NCBI GenBank assembly: GCA_041641305.1
Contig: JBEPYN010000002.1
Location: 480,001 to 544,000 of the forward strand
Reading direction: 5' to 3'
Source of the DNA: Nitrososphaerota archaeon
GTDB lineage: Archaea; Thermoproteota; Nitrososphaeria_A; Caldarchaeales; Caldarchaeaceae
Length of the DNA stretch: 64,000 bases
Shown piece by piece: positions 29,943 through 38,331 of the stretch. Below the pieces are notes generated by a model. It was not told the origin of the DNA and did no database searches. It worked only from the letters and a program-made list of their open reading frames with translations. The translations under genes were made by a program, and so were the position numbers. The stretch's first letter is position 1. Every line of letters starts with the position of its first letter.

Positions 29943-31258
29943 GAGCCGAGTCCTACCGCCGCAAACCTCACCCTCTCCGAAAACTCTGACGGGCTGTAAA
30001 CCCTTCTCCCATCAACCAGAACAGGCCGCCTCATCAGCTTTTCAAAGGTTCGAGGCCTTAATCTCCTGAACTCATCCCACTCCGTCGCCAATATACAGAC
30101 GTCAGCCCCTCTTAAACAGTCTTCCGCAGAACCTGCGTAAACCACTTTTTCACCAAGTATTTTTCTCACGTTATCCATGGCCACCGGGTCATACACCTTC
30201 ACCACACACTTTCTCTCCAGCAGTGCTTTGATTATTTTGAGCGCAACGGCTTCTCTCACATCGTCTGTGTTGGGTTTGAACGAGAGTCCGAGAACAGCCG
30301 CGGTCTTTCCCTCAAGGTTTCCAACCATTTTTTCAGCCAGTTCAATGGCTTTTAGGGGCTGGGACTCGTTAACCTTGTCGACGGCGTCCAGTATAAGTGG
30401 GTGCTCACCCATTTCCTCCGCAAACTTCTTCAAGGCTTTGACATCTTTGGGGAAGCAGCTTCCGCCGTATCCAAGTCCCGCGTTCAGGAAATAGGGGCCT
30501 ATACGTTTATCCAATCCAACCGCTTTCGCAACAACGGTGATGTCTGCTCCCGGGATGTGTTGGCAGATGTTTGCAACCTCGTTGATGAGGCTTATGCGTG
30601 CGGCGAGGAACGCGTTACTCGCATATTTTATCATCTCAGCGTTGACCGTGTTTGTCAAGATTGTTGGCGGCATCATACGCCGGTAAAATCCTTGATAAAG
30701 CTTGAGCAGTCTTCTCCCACCTTTCCCCCAGTCATCACCTATCACAATCCTGTCAGGATTAAATGTGTCTTGCACAGCGTTGCCTTCGCGGAGAAACTCA
30801 GGGTTGACGCAGAGAAAGAGCCCATCACCAACCGTCTTACCCGACGCGTTTTCCAGCTCTTTTTTCACAAGCCCCCGCGTCGTCCCGGGAACAACGGTGC
30901 TCCTCACAACAACTGTGCAGGATCTTCTGCGGCTGGCCAGGGCCTCCCCGAGACTATGTGAAGCTTCGGCGACATACGACAGGTTAATACCTCCATCGGG
31001 TTTCGAAGGTGTTCCGACAGAGATGAAAACAAAGTCCGCGTCACTTGCTTCGGCGTAATCGCTGCTGCAGCCAAAGTTATGCCTGCTTTTTTTCAGAAGT
31101 TTTTCGAGGCCAGGTTCCTTGAAGGGTGCTTTCCCGGCCTTGATTGTCTCGACTTTGTTTTGGTCAACGTCTATGCCCATAACCTTGAAGCCTCGGGAGG
31201 CAAGGCAGGCCGCTGTGGTGAGTCCAACATATCCGAGCCCGATGACGGCTATTTTCAT
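29939..31258 (-). CDS. ugd: UDP-glucose 6-dehydrogenase
   Basis: GLGYVG, VGTP, NPEFLREG, KYASNAFLA, GYGGSCFPKD and FKPNTDDVRE. Confidence 0.95.
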   Translation of the reverse strand: MKIAVIGLGYVGLTTAACLASRGFKVMGIDVDQNKVETIKAGKAPFKEPGLEKLLKKSRHNFGCSSDYAEASDADFVFISVGTPSKPDGGINLSYVAEASHSLGEALASRRRSCTVVVRSTVVPGTTRGLVKKELENASGKTVGDGLFLCVNPEFLREGNAVQDTFNPDRIVIGDDWGKGGRRLLKLYQGFYRRMMPPTILTNTVNAEMIKYASNAFLAARISLINEVANICQHIPGADITVVAKAVGLDKRIGPYFLNAGLGYGGSCFPKDVKALKKFAEEMGEHPLILDAVDKVNESQPLKAIELAEKMVGNLEGKTAAVLGLSFKPNTDDVREAVALKIIKALLERKCVVKVYDPVAMDNVRKILGEKVVYAGSAEDCLRGADVCILATEWDEFRRLRPRTFEKLMRRPVLVDGRRVYSPSEFSERVRFAAVGLGS

Positions 31259-32121
31259 GTTTCGCCGCCTCTGGTGTAACGATATGAAAGTGACAGTGCT
31301 TCCATGTATGTTTCGGGTGTTCCTATGTCTAGGCGGAGCTCTTTTTCATCGAGTTCGACCGCGAGTATGTTGCCGCCTGTGTCTATGAGTTTCTGGATTG
31401 CGTCGGTTAGCTGCAGCTCTCCTCCGGCGTCTTCGGGTGTGGCGTCAAGTGCTTTCATGATGTATGGTGTGAAGATGTAGAAGGGCATGATGGCGAGGTT
31501 GGAGGGCGGTGTCCTGGGTTTCTCAAAAACCTTGGATACGCGGTGAAGTCCTCCGCCGACCGGCTGTGAAACAACCACTCCATACTGCTGTGGGTTCTCT
31601 ACTTTCTGGACAAGGAGTGTTGCGTCGTACTCGTTCTTGGGCCCGGCTGCTATGAGGTTCTTGAGAAATTTGCCGTCCTTGCTGTAGATGTAGGTGTCTC
31701 CTGCGCAGAGAAGGAAGTTGTCGTCTCCGACGAAGTGGCGGGCTGTTTTCACGGCGTCTCCGAACCCGCGTGGAGCGGGCTGGCTCACCCAAACTATGAC
31801 TGATTCCTCCAGCATCTTGTAGAATGTGATGAGCTCTGAGACGGTTGAGTATTTGCCCATCTTATCCATTTTATCGATAAAGTCCCAGTCGGGTGTGAAG
31901 TGGTCCTCGATGGCTCTTTTGCCTCTGCCCACGACGAAGCAGAACTGTCTGAACCCGAAGGTGTAGAGCTGTTCAAACAGGGCCTGTAGGAGGGGCTTGA
32001 GAGTGACCGCGCCGTTTCCAGCCCTTACGTAGATGGGAAGCATCTCCTTCGGCATCTCCTTGGTTGTAGGAAGCAGCCGGGTTCCAAGACCCGCCGCAGT
32101 TATCACAACCTTCCTGACCAT
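31255..32121 (-). CDS. galU: UTP--glucose-1-phosphate uridylyltransferase
   Basis: AAGLGTRLLPTTKEMPKEMLP, IEDHF, EKP, GELQLTDAI and DIG. Confidence 0.92.
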   Translation of the reverse strand: MVRKVVITAAGLGTRLLPTTKEMPKEMLPIYVRAGNGAVTLKPLLQALFEQLYTFGFRQFCFVVGRGKRAIEDHFTPDWDFIDKMDKMGKYSTVSELITFYKMLEESVIVWVSQPAPRGFGDAVKTARHFVGDDNFLLCAGDTYIYSKDGKFLKNLIAAGPKNEYDATLLVQKVENPQQYGVVVSQPVGGGLHRVSKVFEKPRTPPSNLAIMPFYIFTPYIMKALDATPEDAGGELQLTDAIQKLIDTGGNILAVELDEKELRLDIGTPETYMEALSLSYRYTRGGET

Positions 32122-32294
32122 CTTTGGTTCCCAATGGTAAAGTCTACTACATAACCATTAATGGTCAAGGGCGCCTCTAGTGATAAGATTCCCGTCAACT
32201 TATGATTGTTCGTTGGAAGCATTGAAAACAAAGTCGGAGCAAGACTCAGGGGATGGGAGAGAAAGACGATAAGCCAAAAGCTTATTTTTAAAAG

Positions 32295-32539
32295 CTAGTC
32301 ATAGATGGTTCTCCTCATACCCACGTCTATGAATACTACGGATTGATTTTTTCGCTTCTATCATGTAGTCTCCACCCCTCCATCTGTAGTAGCCTGTTAG
32401 TTCTCCCCCTGAACCTTGTTCCGCTGTATGGTTTTTCCACAATCTCTAGTATCGCTTTCTCAATACGTTCCCTAGCCTCTTGAGGAAGTTTCCTATACTC
32501 TCTAAGAAATGATTTCGTAAAAGGAGCCTTGTAGGTCAA
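32295..32539 (-). pseudogene. RelE/ParE family toxin, frameshifted
   Basis: Frame 1 gives FTKSFLREYRKLP...KPYSG; frame 2 continues GELTGYYRWRGGDY; frame 3 gives the terminal VVFIDVGMRRTIYD*. Confidence 0.8.
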
Positions 32540-32546
32540 GGCAGTG

Positions 32547-32756
32547 CTACGCTTTCCTCAATAACTCTCGTATATCTTCTGGATTTTCAGCTGATATTGT
32601 CTCCCCACGGTGGTACTCCTCTGTAGCCTTCTTTATGCGCTCCAACCCTTCGCTATCGGCCATCTCCTCCAGAGTAGCAAGTATTTCCTCAACTCTATCA
32701 ATATGCTCCCGCAGCTCCTTCAGCAAATCACGAGGTAAAGCTACAGAACCGCCCAT
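32547..32756 (-). CDS. Putative type II antitoxin
   Basis: 69-aa acidic protein (EEILATLEEMAD...IKKATEEYHRGETI) directly upstream of the relE remnant. Confidence 0.75.
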   Translation of the reverse strand: MGGSVALPRDLLKELREHIDRVEEILATLEEMADSEGLERIKKATEEYHRGETISAENPEDIRELLRKA

Positions 32757-33164
32757 GACCAGTCAAAAGACCAAGAACCTAATAAGGGTTATAACAGTGT
32801 CCGGGTGCAGAGACATGTTTACAAGCCGAGGCGCAATTATTGGCTGCATGGTTGTTGTGGCGTTGTTTTATGACTGTTTTGGAGTAATAAAAAGAAGTTG
32901 TTGGGTTCATCTATCCTATGGGCGCTAGTCAAGCCTTGTCCACGTATCCTTGTTAAACATTGTGTATGATGAGACAGAATCCATTAGAAACATTACTGCA
33001 ACACTTACACCGTCTTTCTTTCCACCTCATCAACATACACAAGCCATTTTACCCATCGCCTCCTCTATAAATGCAGGATTCGGCCGCCAGTATCTATCAA
33101 CTTGGCTGAGCTACTCCAGCTGAGCACGCTGTTGCATGTTTTTAGATCTGGCCATGTGCTGGAC

Positions 33165-33809
33165 TCAGTTTTCTGTTCTGGTTATTATGGGGTATGGTGT
33201 TGCTTTTTTGTCTTTGAAGAGGTGGTTGATTAGGGATGCTGCGGCGAGGAAGTCGAGGGCTATCATTGAGAGTATCATGGCTGCGCCTGCTTCGTGGTGG
33301 AGCTGGGGGCTGAATATGACTGGTGGTGCGACGTAGAGGGGTTCGGTGACAAGTGTGAGGTAGAAGCCGTACCATCCCATGACTTTGCCGAATGCGATGG
33401 CTAATGCTTCTCTCCATGGTTTTGACAGGCCTTGTGCGGAGAAGTAGAGGATGATGCCTGTGATGAAGTAGGATATTCGTTTGAGCTGGTAGAGTATGGG
33501 GTTGTTGAGGTCGGCTGGACATATTCCGTATCCGAAGAATGAGTTGGCGGGTAGGTGCCAGTAGAATATGAGGGCCGCTGCTGTGCTGAAGCCGATGTAG
33601 CGGCTCCAATGCTTGCCGAGGTTGATGCTGAGACGTGAGGATAAGAGATAGGCTGTGGAGTAGCCGACTGCTGCGATGAAGGTTGGCCAGACATCCATGT
33701 AGAAGAGTAGGTTGGTTAGCTCGAGGCCCCTCACCAGAGGGTAGTGGAAGACGGTGATGTAGGCGAAGGCTGCGATCACGGTGGCTGCGGCTGCTCCGCG
33801 GATGTCCAA
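33165..33809 (-). CDS. DUF1404/CtaG-like membrane protein
   Basis: TM protein with FYWHLP and GAAMILSMIALD motifs. Confidence 0.6.
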   Translation of the reverse strand: MDIRGAAAATVIAAFAYITVFHYPLVRGLELTNLLFYMDVWPTFIAAVGYSTAYLLSSRLSINLGKHWSRYIGFSTAAALIFYWHLPANSFFGYGICPADLNNPILYQLKRISYFITGIILYFSAQGLSKPWREALAIAFGKVMGWYGFYLTLVTEPLYVAPPVIFSPQLHHEAGAAMILSMIALDFLAAASLINHLFKDKKATPYPIITRTEN

Positions 33810-33958
33810 CTCATTAGACCGCCTGTCTGGGGGTTATTTAACCCCGTGTCTTCAACCCAGAATATTATGGAGAGGCTTCTTCTGCTTTTTTCCGCAGAGC
33901 CTCAGCCATCTCCTGCTTCTTTTTCCTAATCTCCTGTCTCAGCTGCTCGAACTCTTTT

Positions 33959-34666
33959 CTAACCTTTTCCTCCAACTGTCTCCACCTCTTTTCTTCTCTC
34001 GAGAATGCGTTTCACATGCTTGAGTTTTACGAAGTCTTCTCTCTCGCGTTCTTCGAGGCTTGAGCTGATGAATTTTATTGCTTCTTGGTATCTCGGGATA
34101 ATGAGGTGTTCGAGGGCGTTGAGTAGGCGCTGTGTTTTCTTCAGCTCCTCGGCGAGGCGGAAGATTGTGTTCTCTATTTCGGCCACTCTGCAAAGCGTGG
34201 CTATTATTTCTCTGAAGTTCCTGACGGCTTCGTCGAATGCTGAGGCTGTGTCGAGTAGGCCGTAGTTGAGGGGGATTTTTGTGCTCGCTATCTCCAGGGT
34301 TGGTATCCTTATGCCGAGGATGGTTTTCTCGCTTACCTTAACCTCTATGGACGGCGGTGTTGTGGCGGCGATTGCCTCGACCTTGACCGAGCCCATTTCC
34401 GCGTATGCTTTGAAGAGGGACATGTATGCCTGTCGGAGAGGCTGCTCCATCTTCTCCCGCTCCGTTTCAGCCATTTCAACCAAGTCGTTCAGACGCCTCA
34501 CCAAAACATCACGCTTATCCTCCAGAATACGGTAAATGCTCTTCGCAACCTGAAGGGAGCGCCTCGCCCTAATCAGCTCGAGCTTTGTGGGCAGAAACTT
34601 GCCGCCGAAGCTTACCGACAGAGGCGATGCACCGTAAATTTTTCCTAAAGACCGCTCTAAATACAT
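33959..34666 (-). CDS. atpD: A/V-type ATP synthase subunit D
   Basis: PTKLEL, ILEDKRDVL, ELKKTQRLLNALEHLIIP and LEEREREDFVKLK. True start may be downstream of 34666. Confidence 0.95.
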   Translation of the reverse strand: MYLERSLGKIYGASPLSVSFGGKFLPTKLELIRARRSLQVAKSIYRILEDKRDVLVRRLNDLVEMAETEREKMEQPLRQAYMSLFKAYAEMGSVKVEAIAATTPPSIEVKVSEKTILGIRIPTLEIASTKIPLNYGLLDTASAFDEAVRNFREIIATLCRVAEIENTIFRLAEELKKTQRLLNALEHLIIPRYQEAIKFISSSLEEREREDFVKLKHVKRILERRKEVETVGGKG

Positions 34667-34717
34667 ATCGGGGGTTTAGGGAGCATGGTGTGACGCCCAA
34701 CGGAAAGCTGCTGAAAC

Positions 34718-35010
34718 CTCATACTTTAGCGTCTTAAAGCCAGAACATTTCTCAGAATAGTCATATTCTTCGTCAGGTTTATAAGAGATGCATAGGGTAT
34801 TGTCCTCAACCCATAGGTCGATAGGTATGGTTCTTGGTCAGTGGCAACAGTCTCGGCCTATAGCGCGAATACACCATAGTAATTGGGAAGGTGGTGTAAA
34901 TGAGGTTCTACTGCGATGTCCATAGGAAGAGGGATGACACAGGCTACAGGGTAACATACACAACGGATGGCGAAGACTTTAGACATGTTGATTCACCGGT
35001 GGAGATACCG
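34718..35010 (+). repeat. Diverged, internally deleted copy of the 38.0-38.45 kb module (remnants of the small Zn-protein gene and the IS110/Nop-like gene)
   Basis: Minus strand encodes IDLWVEDNTLCISYKPDEEYD (cf. 37904-38164). Plus strand from ATG 34900 encodes MRFYCDVHRKRDDTGYRVTYTTDGEDFRHVDSPVEIP (34/37 aa identical to the 38332 protein), then unrelated sequence to a stop at 35058. Confidence 0.92.
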
Positions 35011-35064
35011 GCAGGCCTGGCTGCGGAAAAACACGCTTATATAGGGTTTGGGTGTTGAGTATGT

Positions 35065-36501
35065 TTGATGTCGGCTGCCACGGCGCTGAACAAGTACCGC
35101 AACTTCAGCGACTGGTTTGACAAGCTTCTGCTCGAGGCCCGTATCGTTGATGATAGGTTTCCGGTTAAGGGTTTCTCTGTCTATTTGGAGAACGGCACAT
35201 ACATACTGAGGCGTGTGCAGGAGTTGTTGGAGAAGGAGCTGCTGGAGACGGGTCATAAGGAGATGATTTTCCCGCTTGTTACGACGGAGGAGCTTCTCGG
35301 CAAAGAGGCGCAGCACATCAAAGGCTTCAGCACGGAGGTGTTTGTGATAGAGTCGGCTGGCGGTAAACCGCTTGATGTTAAGCTGATTGTGCGTCCGACG
35401 AGCGAGACCATCATGTATCCCATGTTCAAGCTGTGGATAAGAAGCCACGCAGACCTACCTCTACTTGTCCATCAGAGCAACATGGTTTACAGACATGAGA
35501 CCAAGGCGACGAGGCCTCTGCTAAGAGTGCGGGAGATTCCTTGGAATGAGGCGCACACGGTTCATGCAACTGCGGCCGAGGCCGACCAACAGGTGCGTAA
35601 AGCGGTGGAAATCTATCGCAAGGTGTTGGACCAGCTTGGGCTCGCTTATCTCGTGCTCAAGAGACCTGATTTCGACAAGTTCCCCGGCGCAAGATACTCA
35701 ATAGCCTTTGACGCATGGAACCCCGACGGCAGAGTGAACCAAGTCGCGACAGTCCACAATCTTGGGAAGAATTTTTCGAAGGTGTTTGAGATAGAGTTTG
35801 AGACACGTGAAGGCAAGCGTGAGAACCCCCATCAGCTGTGCTACGGTTTTGGCTATAGCAGGGTTTTGGCTGCGTTGATAAGTCAGCACAGCGACGACAG
35901 GGGTCTCGTGCTTCCGCCTGTTGTCGCTCCTCTCCACGTGGTAATCGTTCCAATTGTATTCAAGGGTCAGGAAGAGGCCATTAAACAATTCTGCTACAGT
36001 GTCGCGGAGAGGCTGCAAAAGTTTTCTGTGAAGGTTGATGATAGGGAGGATGTGACGCCGGGTGAAAAGTTCTACTACTGGGAGAAAATGGGTGTCCCGG
36101 TGAGGCTGGAGATAGGGCCGCGTGAGGTGGCGGAGAACCGGGCTACGTTGTTTAGACGGGATACGTTGGAGAAACAGGCTGTCGCCGTCGAGGAGATTGA
36201 GAAGGCTGTGGAAAATGTGTTGAAAAGCATGGAGCAGAGTCTCGCGGAGAGGAGCTGGCGTATCATGCGTCAGATGATTGTCGACGCTTCAAATGTTGAT
36301 GAGGTGAAAAAAATTATTTCGGAGAGAAGGATCGCGAGGTTTGGCTGGTGCGGCTCAGTGGAGTGTGTTGAGCAACTTAAAGAGGCTGCGGGCGGGGAGC
36401 TTAGAGGAAGCAGGTTTGACGAGCTTGAGGTGCCCAACGGCCCCTGCATAATCTGCGGAAAAAATGCGGCAGAAGTGGTTTACTTCGCTAGGGCGTATTG
36501 A
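35065..36501 (+). CDS. proS: Proline--tRNA ligase (archaeal/eukaryotic type)
   Basis: RPTSET, YRHETKATRPLLRVREI, HNLGKNFS, GVPVRLEIGPR and C-terminal FARAY. Confidence 0.97.
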   Translation: MMSAATALNKYRNFSDWFDKLLLEARIVDDRFPVKGFSVYLENGTYILRRVQELLEKELLETGHKEMIFPLVTTEELLGKEAQHIKGFSTEVFVIESAGGKPLDVKLIVRPTSETIMYPMFKLWIRSHADLPLLVHQSNMVYRHETKATRPLLRVREIPWNEAHTVHATAAEADQQVRKAVEIYRKVLDQLGLAYLVLKRPDFDKFPGARYSIAFDAWNPDGRVNQVATVHNLGKNFSKVFEIEFETREGKRENPHQLCYGFGYSRVLAALISQHSDDRGLVLPPVVAPLHVVIVPIVFKGQEEAIKQFCYSVAERLQKFSVKVDDREDVTPGEKFYYWEKMGVPVRLEIGPREVAENRATLFRRDTLEKQAVAVEEIEKAVENVLKSMEQSLAERSWRIMRQMIVDASNVDEVKKIISERRIARFGWCGSVECVEQLKEAAGGELRGSRFDELEVPNGPCIICGKNAAEVVYFARAY

Positions 36502-37456
36502 GGACGTAGTTGTCGAGTGCTCTTAGCCGTTTGGCTGGGTCGGGGTGTGTGCTGAAGAGCTCTGCCACTGTGCTGGGTTTACGGCTCTTCACCTCTTCGA
36601 CGACCCTGTCGATGTCGCCGAATGCCTGAAGCTTGACGTCGGGGTCGGCTATGAAGAAGGCCTTAAACTGCTCAACATGCGCCACCTCTTCTTTTCTCAA
36701 TCTACCAGCCAGCATCATTATTCTTACAAGGGCCCGCTGGAGGTTTCGGGCACCATTCGGCACGGTTTTTGCCGAGAAGTAGTCGGCATAGTATTCGCGG
36801 AGCCTGCTCATGTAGAAGACGAATATGTTGAAGATGAAGCTGAAAGCCATCAACGCGATTCCGATGAGAAATGCGTAGGCTCCCCCTTCTCGGCGGCCTC
36901 CGAAGGCTCCTGAGACCAGCAATGTGTAGCCGAGATAGTATATGATGGCTGGTATGATGCTTATCGCCATCATGAAGGCAACGTCGCGGTGCTTGATGTG
37001 GCCCAGCTCATGTCCTATGACGGCTTCCACCTCTTCCCGCGGAAGGCTTTCGACAAGCCGTCTGGTGACAGCGACCATGGGGCCTGTGAGGGGACTGCCG
37101 TATGCGAATGCGTTGGGGATGTCTATTTCCGCGACATAGGTTTTCGGCGGCTTCTCCATCCCCGCGGCCAGGCTCAGCCGGTTGACAGTTTCCTCAACCC
37201 AGCCGAGTCCAGCCTCAGCCGCTGGACGGGTTCTATAAACCGCTCCGATTATGTATGGGCCGATAAGCCACTGGAAGACGTGGAAGACGACGACAAACCC
37301 TATGATGGTGTAGAAGTTCAGCAGCGGTATGCGGAGAAAAGTGAGCACAGCCACGAAGAGAAGCGAGGCCACCGCCGTTATCAACGCCCATGTACCAATC
37401 ATGGCTAGACGGAGCTTGACCAGCGAAAGCCTTGCCCTCTCCTGCGCAGTAGCCAT
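36488..37456 (-). CDS. htpX: Membrane zinc metalloprotease HtpX (M48)
   Basis: PNAFAYG, HELGH, SRLREYYAD and FSTHP. Confidence 0.95.
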   Translation of the reverse strand: MATAQERARLSLVKLRLAMIGTWALITAVASLLFVAVLTFLRIPLLNFYTIIGFVVVFHVFQWLIGPYIIGAVYRTRPAAEAGLGWVEETVNRLSLAAGMEKPPKTYVAEIDIPNAFAYGSPLTGPMVAVTRRLVESLPREEVEAVIGHELGHIKHRDVAFMMAISIIPAIIYYLGYTLLVSGAFGGRREGGAYAFLIGIALMAFSFIFNIFVFYMSRLREYYADYFSAKTVPNGARNLQRALVRIMMLAGRLRKEEVAHVEQFKAFFIADPDVKLQAFGDIDRVVEEVKSRKPSTVAELFSTHPDPAKRLRALDNYVLNTP

Positions 37457-37512
37457 ATTAGCTCACCTGAGTCGGCGTATGGTTCGGGTTCTAATAAACC
37501 ATATCCAACATC

Positions 37513-37797
37513 TTAGAGGAATTGCTCGGGCTTTCTCTCATCTCTGGCCCTAACCTTGAGGACGCCGTAGTGGATGGCGCAGCTGATGCAGAGGTTTTTT
37601 ACTACGATGTTTTCGGCGAGATAGGCACCCGCCTGCTTCAGCTCACGGGCCAAGTCACCGCGGACAAGAGAAACACGCCGCGTTACACGCTGGACCTTGC
37701 TTCTCGGCACATAGGCTCCGCAGTTGTCGCACTGAACAGTCGGCTCCTTCCCCTTAGCGCCTTTCGACCTGCCACGGCTCTTACGCTTGAACGGCAT
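37513..37797 (-). CDS. rps26e: 30S ribosomal protein S26e
   Basis: MPFKRKSRGR, VQCDNCGAYVPRSK and CISCAIHYGVLKVR. Confidence 0.96.
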   Translation of the reverse strand: MPFKRKSRGRSKGAKGKEPTVQCDNCGAYVPRSKVQRVTRRVSLVRGDLARELKQAGAYLAENIVVKNLCISCAIHYGVLKVRARDERKPEQFL

Positions 37798-37903
37798 TCC
37801 ACTCAATCACTACTATGTCTGTTATATAAAGATCGTCGAAGGTTAAACCAATTTTCTCCAAAACCTTCGCCAATAAATCCCTTGGAAAACAATTCGAGGA
37901 CAG

Positions 37904-38164
37904 CTATTTAGGTAGGTTGTTTTTCTTTTTTCTTGGTTTTGTTCTTATTTTTATTGCGTGGAATGGGCATTTTTGAAATTGTTCAAGAATGTGTCCTTTC
38001 TGGCATTTTGAGCAGAAGCCTATACCCTCCTCATAATTCGGGGTTTTAAAGGTAGGAATATTCTCATAGTGGTCATATTCCTCGTCAGGTTTATAAGACA
38101 TGCATAGGATATTGTCCTCAACCCATAGGTCTATAAATAATCGATTTTCCCTCATCCACGCCAT
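37904..38164 (-). CDS. Small Zn-finger-like protein
   Basis: CSKC...CPFH...IRTKPR motif with basic tail; a homologous remnant at 34718-34823 supports coding status. Confidence 0.6.
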   Translation of the reverse strand: MAWMRENRLFIDLWVEDNILCMSYKPDEEYDHYENIPTFKTPNYEEGIGFCSKCQKGHILEQFQKCPFHAIKIRTKPRKKKNNLPK

Positions 38165-38331
38165 TATTCAAGTCGTTATTAGACAGGTATGCATGGTGGC
38201 TTGGTATCCTAAGCCTAAGCCCAGCCGTAGTATAATACCTATTTTTTTGGTAATGGCTTTAAACCAGTTTTTAGGTTATGGGGGACATGGCCACTACCTA
38301 TGGCACGAATACACCAAAGAAAGTGGTGTAG

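Noticed and set aside
32760-33160. Possible gene remnant between the TA pair and DUF1404
   Set aside because: Short protein-like fragments on the minus strand are interrupted by stops in all frames checked, and no family could be assigned.
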